Source: a virus
Taxonomy: Duplodnaviria; Caudoviricetes
DNA length: 64,000 bases
IMG/VR virus record: IMGVR_UViG_3300026549_000076
Span: 5,444 to 69,443 of that record
Reading direction: 5' to 3' (one strand)
This document shows positions 1 through 6,984 of the stretch, piece by piece. Each line of letters opens with the position of its first letter. Within the stretch, counting starts at the first letter, position 1. The notes below the pieces were generated by a model. The model worked only from the letters and a program-made list of their open reading frames with translations. It was not told the origin of the DNA and ran no database searches. The translations under genes and the position numbers were made by a program.

Positions 1-170
1 TTATTAATATAATAATTATACATATCAGAAAATTCAGTATTAGTAAAATCACTACTTAAATCTTCTAAAATGAACTTCTCTGTATATAAATCTTCTAGAA
101 TATCTGAAACCTGAGCTATATCAGTATCAGCTTCAAGTAATTTTAATTTCACTTTCATAAACAAAACCTC

Positions 171-1799
171 CTAACGTTGATGTGGATAACCATACATAGT
201 ATGTTCATCTTGTAATGTATCATCATCAACTAAATAACCTTTATAATTAGTATTTCCGGGTTCATGCCATACAAAACCTCTTTCATAAGGTTCTTTATAC
301 CCTGTATAAATAACACATTTGAAATTAGAAATACAATTCTTAACTCTATGTACTATAGGCCAATCAAGAACATCATTGATAATAGTATCTTCACCAACAG
401 GTCCAAAATCTTCAATCTTAGGATCATATCCCCAATACGCAGGATCAAACCATTGATGAATCTCTTTACCTCCATTAAATTTAGTGACCATAGAAAGAGG
501 CCCTATATAAAGAACATAAGTAAACATAATTCTAGTTCCAATTAATCTTATATTATCAATAGCATTTCGAAGTATATTACTAAACTGAGGAATCTCAATC
601 ATAATATCTCCTGGATATAAATCATTAGAATCTGCAGTACCTACAGGTTCTCCATCCTTACCACCTTCAATAATTCTTACACCACGTAAATCTGAAGAAC
701 TATAATAAGAAACTTTATCTTGTCCAAATACAGAAATTAAATTCTGTAAACTCCAATTAGTTCCTCTCTTCTTACGTATATCAACAAACAACTTCATAGA
801 CTCACGTTGCTGTTCAGCTGTAAGAGCATTATTCCATTCATAACCAATAAGTGAACCCAAATGACGTAAGTATTGTTCCTCAGCCTTATCTGGATCTATC
901 TGATCTCGTAAGGCATAAGCCACTCCAGTTAAATCACCAAAAATATAACACATCAACTTAATAATGATATCTAAATCACCCATAGTTAAATTAGGTGATA
1001 AAGTAAGCTTCATGTAATTATATAAGTCTTCTCTAAAAGAGGCGTAAGCCTCACCAAAGATACTAAAATTAAAAGTATTTCTATCATCAGAATCTGTAGT
1101 ACTAGGAGTTACATAAGGTAGAACATAATCCCCCATATTCAACATAACTTTAAAATCATGATTCTCATCAGGAGTATAAAATTTGAATCTTATAAAAGCA
1201 AGTCTATCATCATTAGGAACTGTAAAAGAATAGTTATCTAATTCATCTCCTAATGGAGTAGAAACAAAAGAATCATAAATAAAACCAGAAGAAGTCTTTC
1301 TATAATAGTAAAGAGAAACTTGATACACTGGAACAGAAGTAGAAACAGTAAACTTCTCTCCAATTTGTAATTGAGATAATGCAGTGGAAGTACCAATAGT
1401 AATATTATTAGACTTACTACGAGTAAAAGTAGCTCCTGCCTCATTACTTCCAGAAATATCATTAATAGAACCTTCTTCTAAAACATCATTAAATAAATTC
1501 ATCTTAGAATGCTTACTTAAAGTAAATCTAACATAGTAAACATCCTTAGGTATAGTAAGTTCAAAAGTTCCTGTAGTAAGAGAAAAAGAAGATACAAAAT
1601 CTTTATCTTTATCATAGAAAGCACCTAACTGTACCTCAGAAACAGAACCTAAACCAGAATAAGAGCATGATGCTCCAGGAGCTACTTTCATAAAGTCAGT
1701 AACTATAAAGTACTCTTCCATATCATTGATAACAGTACCTTCAGAAGATAAATACCCTGAAACACACTTAGCTTTATTAAATAAAGGTAATTTTATCAT
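171..1799 (-). CDS. Baseplate/tail protein with P2 gpI-like (tail protein I) C-terminal domain and N-terminal beta-sandwich modules
   Basis: C-terminal IDPDKAEEQYLRHLGSLIGYEW...RKKRGTNWSLQNLI resembles Tail_P2_I. The N-terminal modules (FYDKDKDFVSS..LTIPKDVYYVRF) resemble carbohydrate-binding folds. Confidence 0.65.
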   Translation of the reverse strand: MIKLPLFNKAKCVSGYLSSEGTVINDMEEYFIVTDFMKVAPGASCSYSGLGSVSEVQLGAFYDKDKDFVSSFSLTTGTFELTIPKDVYYVRFTLSKHSKMNLFNDVLEEGSINDISGSNEAGATFTRSKSNNITIGTSTALSQLQIGEKFTVSTSVPVYQVSLYYYRKTSSGFIYDSFVSTPLGDELDNYSFTVPNDDRLAFIRFKFYTPDENHDFKVMLNMGDYVLPYVTPSTTDSDDRNTFNFSIFGEAYASFREDLYNYMKLTLSPNLTMGDLDIIIKLMCYIFGDLTGVAYALRDQIDPDKAEEQYLRHLGSLIGYEWNNALTAEQQRESMKLFVDIRKKRGTNWSLQNLISVFGQDKVSYYSSSDLRGVRIIEGGKDGEPVGTADSNDLYPGDIMIEIPQFSNILRNAIDNIRLIGTRIMFTYVLYIGPLSMVTKFNGGKEIHQWFDPAYWGYDPKIEDFGPVGEDTIINDVLDWPIVHRVKNCISNFKCVIYTGYKEPYERGFVWHEPGNTNYKGYLVDDDTLQDEHTMYGYPHQR

Positions 1800-1818
1800 A
1801 TAGCTCCTCCTTTAAAAA

Positions 1819-3669
1819 TTAAACTTCATATAAATCAACAAACTCATCTTGAGTAAGTAAAGAAGTATCATTAAAGTCTCCTATCTTTGCATGCATAAGA
1901 TACTTAATAATCTCATCTGTTGTACCTCTCTTCTTTTTAAGAAGATAATTAATAACTTTCTTTTGAAAATCATCTGGTAAATCACAGAACTTTCTATCAG
2001 ATAATTCAGTCTCATTAAAATCTTCTCTAGGTACAATAGATTTAATATTTAAATCTGCAGGCATAATTTCAATCAAACCTGAATCAATACCTGATTTAAA
2101 CTCATTATAATAATCAATTGCATCCTCATCTGAATCAGCTCTAAATCTTTCTAATTCATTTGCATCATTAGTAATAATATACTGACAACCATGAGGTTCA
2201 ACAAAATTAAACTTCATAACTCTTAAGAAAGCATCTTGTTTAAGAGTAGTTGCATCCCAATACTTTTCAGTATCATCTTGAACTTCCTCTGCCTCTTTAT
2301 ATTCTGGATTATTAACATAAAACCATTTATATAAAAGATTATCTTCCTTACCTTGTTTCTTAAGTTCTTCTCCCATCTTCCTCATTTCATCATAACCCTT
2401 AGAAGAATCTTTACTACTAAACACTTTCAAAACCTTATCATTATCACCAGTATCAATAATTCTATATTCTCTTATACGCTTAGGAACTTTCTTCACTTCA
2501 GCTTCATAAATATTACTTACAAAATCCTCTCCATACATATCTTTAAGTTGATTATATATTACATCCCTAGGATCTGAATCAATTTCATAAGCTAAATCTT
2601 TAAATAAAGATGGATCTTCATGAATAGCTTTAAAAGTTAAATTTTCAGGAATCTTATTTAATTGATACTCCATTGGAGCTTCAATTCTCATCCAATCTCT
2701 AATTCTCATATTCTCAGGAGGTCTTAAAGATAATTCTAAAAGTTCATCTGGAACCTTATACCCATTATCATACATCGGATCATTTACATCAGTAGAATAT
2801 GAATCAATAATACTTTGTAAATTACCTGGTATAACATAAAAATCATCAGATTCATTTAGACCTCTATCTTTGTCTTTACCAATGATTGAATCATAGTCAG
2901 CTTCTTTCATATCTGTAGGTTTAATTGCAGCATATCTAGCATAAGAATAACCTTCAGGTTCAACTAAAATATGTGGACTAGAGGAATTATCTTTATTAAT
3001 AACTTCTATACAATAAAAACATCCATCAACACATCTACACTTTTTACCTAACTTCTTAATCCAATCATAATCTTTAGAAATAAGACTACTAGTAAAATCA
3101 TCATACTCTTCATTAGAAAGCTCTTTGGTTGCTACAACTTTAAAATAATCACTACCAATACCCCAAGTTTTAATATCATCTAAATTAACTGGTTTCCTAA
3201 CAAATTCAGCTCTCCCATCTACAGTAGATTTTTCAGCCTCATTAAAACCATCAGTACATGAGGTCTTACCACTCTTAAGTTGATAATAAATATCTAAGTA
3301 TCTTTTAAATTCAGAAGAATTTGGATCACACATAGACATAGCTGTTTTCATATCCTTAATTGCATCTTCAATAGTAGGATATTCTTTGACATCCCCATAT
3401 AAAGAAACTTTAACTTTCTTTTCATCTGATTCATCAGATTCCTCAAACATACTAAACAACGTTCCAGCAACCTTATTACGAACTTCCTTTTCATCCGAAT
3501 TAGGCATCTTAGATTGAACATCTTTAACTATAGAATTAAAAGTATCATCAGTAATAGAAGAAACCTTAGTACCATTAGGTAAATTCTTAGACTTAATAAC
3601 ATTCTTAATTACTTCAGTACTTAAATCTAAATTATCCGAATTCTTCTTAATAGCTTCATACAAATTCAT
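1819..3669 (-). CDS. Putative internal head (cargo) polyprotein with MNLY tag, multi-module
   Basis: Starts MNLYEAIKKN. Repeated hydrophobic-x-E|(A/S/T/E) motifs lie between distinct small modules. One module (FVRKP...ILVEPEGYSYARYAA) is recalled as DUF6329-like. Confidence 0.55.
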   Translation of the reverse strand: MNLYEAIKKNSDNLDLSTEVIKNVIKSKNLPNGTKVSSITDDTFNSIVKDVQSKMPNSDEKEVRNKVAGTLFSMFEESDESDEKKVKVSLYGDVKEYPTIEDAIKDMKTAMSMCDPNSSEFKRYLDIYYQLKSGKTSCTDGFNEAEKSTVDGRAEFVRKPVNLDDIKTWGIGSDYFKVVATKELSNEEYDDFTSSLISKDYDWIKKLGKKCRCVDGCFYCIEVINKDNSSSPHILVEPEGYSYARYAAIKPTDMKEADYDSIIGKDKDRGLNESDDFYVIPGNLQSIIDSYSTDVNDPMYDNGYKVPDELLELSLRPPENMRIRDWMRIEAPMEYQLNKIPENLTFKAIHEDPSLFKDLAYEIDSDPRDVIYNQLKDMYGEDFVSNIYEAEVKKVPKRIREYRIIDTGDNDKVLKVFSSKDSSKGYDEMRKMGEELKKQGKEDNLLYKWFYVNNPEYKEAEEVQDDTEKYWDATTLKQDAFLRVMKFNFVEPHGCQYIITNDANELERFRADSDEDAIDYYNEFKSGIDSGLIEIMPADLNIKSIVPREDFNETELSDRKFCDLPDDFQKKVINYLLKKKRGTTDEIIKYLMHAKIGDFNDTSLLTQDEFVDLYEV

Positions 3670-3681
3670 AAACTAAACCTC

Positions 3682-4344
3682 CTAACCTATCTGTGTAAAT
3701 TTCTTACACTTATTGCAAATATAACCATGTTTAGAAACACCTAGATAAGATGAACCATCAGGTTTAAATTTACTACCTGAATCTGATGAACAAGTACACC
3801 AAATATCTTCTGGATCTTTTATTGCATCTCGATAAGCTTTACCCTCAGGTAATTCCCAAACATCCTCTGGTTTAAATAAACCACTAGAAGTTAACTTTTT
3901 AGTAAATCTTGCATATTCTTTAGCAATATCATCTGAAATCTTAGACTTATTCTTCTCATGGTCTTTAGTAACTTTATTAACCGCTGCAGCCCAAGTAGGA
4001 TCATTATCCATAGTATGAATTTCAGCATCATTTATTGGTTTCACTTTGTAATCTTTAGAATCATCAAAAGTCATAGTTAAACCTGTCTTAGAACTAAGTT
4101 CAAAAATAATTCCATCATTAGAAAACTTATCATTACCTAAATCTTCTCCACCTTTAGAAAGAATAATCTTCTTTAAAGCATCTAACTCATCAGTACTAAT
4201 TTCCCTTGCAGGAAAATGAATATACCCATTATTTTGATAAAGAGCACCAACTAAATTATCATAGAACTCTAAATAAGAACTTTCAAAAGAATCTAACTCT
4301 ACAGATTCTTTCATATTATTTTTAATTGAATTATATAAATTCAT
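3682..4344 (-). CDS. MNLY-tag protein with C-terminal Zn-binding module
   Basis: Starts MNLYNSIKNNMKES. C-terminal WCTC...KHGYICNKC cluster. Confidence 0.5.
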   Translation of the reverse strand: MNLYNSIKNNMKESVELDSFESSYLEFYDNLVGALYQNNGYIHFPAREISTDELDALKKIILSKGGEDLGNDKFSNDGIIFELSSKTGLTMTFDDSKDYKVKPINDAEIHTMDNDPTWAAAVNKVTKDHEKNKSKISDDIAKEYARFTKKLTSSGLFKPEDVWELPEGKAYRDAIKDPEDIWCTCSSDSGSKFKPDGSSYLGVSKHGYICNKCKKFTQIG

Positions 4345-4345
4345 A

Positions 4346-5026
4346 TTAATCTACCTCCTCTTGATTAAGTAAATTAACTTCTTCATCACTAAAGAATAAA
4401 GACTCTCCATTATGATCAACTTTAGTCATAGCTCCATATTCAGTATCTATAATGATAATATCATCATCAAACTTATTAGGATCCCTACGATAAAAAATCT
4501 TTCCATCATAATCAAGAATAAATTCATATCCTAATTCTTCTAACTTATCTGCAAAGTTTAAATCATAATCTTTACCATCAGTAGAAATTCTCTTTAAATC
4601 AATCTCAGAAACTCTCTCAGCTTCATCTAAATCTTCTTTACCTTCTCGTCTAGCATTATTATCTACAATATCATCTAACCATCTAGCACCAACTTGAAAC
4701 TTAAGTATTGGAAGATTACCCATTTCAGTCCACATATCAAGTGGGATAGAAACAAAAGTTAAATTATCTGGATACTTATTACTTCCAGTAAGTTCATACT
4801 TATCATTAAATTCCTTACCTGACCACCAATAAATATCACATGGAACTTTAAAACCTTTAGACTCTTTAGTAAAGAAATCAACTACTTGTGATAAACTATC
4901 ATCATCTGAATTCAATCCTTCCCAAGTAAGAGCAGAACCACTCTCTAATTCTGAAATCTTATCAGAATCAGCATGAATAAGATTATATTTCTTAGTATTT
5001 GACTTAACTGCTTCATATAAATTCAT
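4346..5026 (-). CDS. MNLY-tag protein, two modules
   Basis: Starts MNLYEAVKSN. An internal LDEA site separates two segments. RBS AAGGTGG upstream. Confidence 0.5.
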   Translation of the reverse strand: MNLYEAVKSNTKKYNLIHADSDKISELESGSALTWEGLNSDDDSLSQVVDFFTKESKGFKVPCDIYWWSGKEFNDKYELTGSNKYPDNLTFVSIPLDMWTEMGNLPILKFQVGARWLDDIVDNNARREGKEDLDEAERVSEIDLKRISTDGKDYDLNFADKLEELGYEFILDYDGKIFYRRDPNKFDDDIIIIDTEYGAMTKVDHNGESLFFSDEEVNLLNQEEVD

Positions 5027-5050
5027 AAAAACACCACCTTAAAAGTATAC

Positions 5051-5068
5051 CTACTATATTAGACAAAA
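5051..5068 (-). promoter_or_regulatory. Candidate late promoter (variant TTTTGT-CTAATA-TAGTAG)
   Basis: Intergenic, directly upstream of the MNLY cluster. Variant of the motif that recurs at other operon starts. Confidence 0.4.
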
Positions 5069-5077
5069 AACAAGTAA

Positions 5078-6103
5078 TTAAACTATGCTAGAGTTAATTC
5101 CTTGTTTTATATTCTCCTCATTATTATCTATGATTTCTTCATCAACTTCCTCATTATTAGAAACAGAATTAGAAAGTCTCTTATCTTGTTGATTCTTGAA
5201 ATCAATTTCATTATTAAAATAATCATCTACATCTTGTTCTAAAACCTTCATATCATCAGCAAAAGCCTTCTTACTCATATTAAATTCATCCTTAAGAAAC
5301 TCATCAATAGAACCATCTGGATTCTTATTAAGATACTTACGAACTTCAGAACGTAAAGATTTAATAATGTCATGATCATCCAAGAATGAATGATGTTTAG
5401 CTTGATGTGCAAAATAGTCATTCATATAATCAGAAGGCTTATTTCTCCACTTAACAGCTCTATTCTGTTGCTTAATCTGCTTAGCATGATTAAGTTGTTG
5501 ATAATCATCATAATCTAAATCATTCAACATACGAAGATAATTATTGATATCTTTAACAACTTGCTTTCTAATAGTCCCATTTTCATAAAGATTCTTAACT
5601 ACAGCAATAAGATGTAAATCCAACGCACCAGATAAGGATTTAGAACCATCCTTATACTGTAAATTACGCTTAGGTTGTCTAGTCTCAGGTTCAATTTCAT
5701 AATTACCAACAGTTGCTAAATACGCTTCACCCCAATAAAGAAATGATTCACAATTACATTTAACTCTAAAATTATTCATAGTTAAAAGCCTTGATAAATC
5801 TTGTTCTGTAAAATCATTCCCTTCACCAACTAAATCACCAAACTGTAAGATATCGGGTGCTTCAATAAAAGCATAATGATATTTACCAGAACGACTTCTA
5901 GATTTAACTTTAAAATTTAAAGTACCATCCTCAGATAAACCAAAATAACGAACTCCTGTCTCAACATCTCTAGCACGATATGCTACACTTGGAGTATTAG
6001 TAACTGACTTATTATACAAATTCTTAAGATTAGCTTCATAAAGTGAAACAATAGTTTCTTCAGAAAGTTTACAGAAGTTATTATAAATAGTACTAATCCT
6101 CAT
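5078..6103 (-). CDS. SWIM-like zinc-finger protein
   Basis: FRVKCNCESFLYWG...LDLHLIAV resembles SWIM CxC...xxH. The N-terminal LSEE and LYEA motifs resemble processing sites. Confidence 0.5.
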   Translation of the reverse strand: MRISTIYNNFCKLSEETIVSLYEANLKNLYNKSVTNTPSVAYRARDVETGVRYFGLSEDGTLNFKVKSRSRSGKYHYAFIEAPDILQFGDLVGEGNDFTEQDLSRLLTMNNFRVKCNCESFLYWGEAYLATVGNYEIEPETRQPKRNLQYKDGSKSLSGALDLHLIAVVKNLYENGTIRKQVVKDINNYLRMLNDLDYDDYQQLNHAKQIKQQNRAVKWRNKPSDYMNDYFAHQAKHHSFLDDHDIIKSLRSEVRKYLNKNPDGSIDEFLKDEFNMSKKAFADDMKVLEQDVDDYFNNEIDFKNQQDKRLSNSVSNNEEVDEEIIDNNEENIKQGINSSIV

Positions 6104-6653
6104 TTATAACACTCCCCTCATCATAATAAATTCCTCTACGTAAGAAAACATTCTCAAGATTAGGATCCTTCTTATCCGCTAAAACTTTAACATTCTCTTT
6201 CTGATCAAACCTAGTAGGTACAACTCTACAAACACACTGATTAAGTTCTAAGTCAGTTCTAACTTCAACAATCGTAAATTGAGTTGTAGTGACTGAACCC
6301 TTATCAATAGTAACCTTAGATGACAATTCAATAATAGCTCCCTCATCTATAGCAATAGGTTTATTATTAATATCAAAATAAGTAATAAATAAAACAATAG
6401 GCAATTGAGATTGATCTTCAGTAAACCAACCATATTTAGTTAAAAGTTTTCTAGATGGATTAGTTTCTAAATGATACGCAACATCAACAGCATCTTTATA
6501 ATCATAAATCTTATCAGTACCATTAACTTTAAAAGACTTTACTTGATAAAATTTACCTAAACGACCTTGAACTTTAGCAGAAAGTACAAACTGCTTTCTC
6601 AAATACTCTTGAGCATCAAAGTTAGGTAATAAAGATCCTTTAGATTCACTCAT
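6093..6653 (-). CDS. Putative head completion/neck protein
   Basis: Start reassigned to MSESKG because of the RBS AGGAGTG. Beta-rich sequence, located in the head gene cluster. Confidence 0.35.
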   Translation of the reverse strand: MSESKGSLLPNFDAQEYLRKQFVLSAKVQGRLGKFYQVKSFKVNGTDKIYDYKDAVDVAYHLETNPSRKLLTKYGWFTEDQSQLPIVLFITYFDINNKPIAIDEGAIIELSSKVTIDKGSVTTTQFTIVEVRTDLELNQCVCRVVPTRFDQKENVKVLADKKDPNLENVFLRRGIYYDEGSVINED

Positions 6654-6663
6654 AATATCACTC

Positions 6664-6969
6664 CTATTCATATTTATCTGCATCTTCCTCAACCTTCTGT
6701 AAGTATGCTTCACGCTCACTTGATATTGGAATCTTACCTTTATCCTCTAAATCTCTAACTTTATCTAACTTTTCTATATATGCACCTGATCCTGAATTAT
6801 AACGCTCAAATATTTTCTCAGCGTCTACATTAGTTATCAAATAATCATATGCTTCCTTATATGTATTAAAATTCTTATATGATTCACTAAATCCATTGCT
6901 TTCAGGATATGAAACTACATAATATTTAGTATTTAATGCACTCTCTTTAATACTTTTATATAAATTCAT
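6664..6969 (-). CDS. MNLY-tag small protein
   Basis: Starts MNLYKSIKESAL. RBS GAGGTGG. Confidence 0.5.
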   Translation of the reverse strand: MNLYKSIKESALNTKYYVVSYPESNGFSESYKNFNTYKEAYDYLITNVDAEKIFERYNSGSGAYIEKLDKVRDLEDKGKIPISSEREAYLQKVEEDADKYE

Positions 6970-6984
6970 ACATCCACCTCATTC

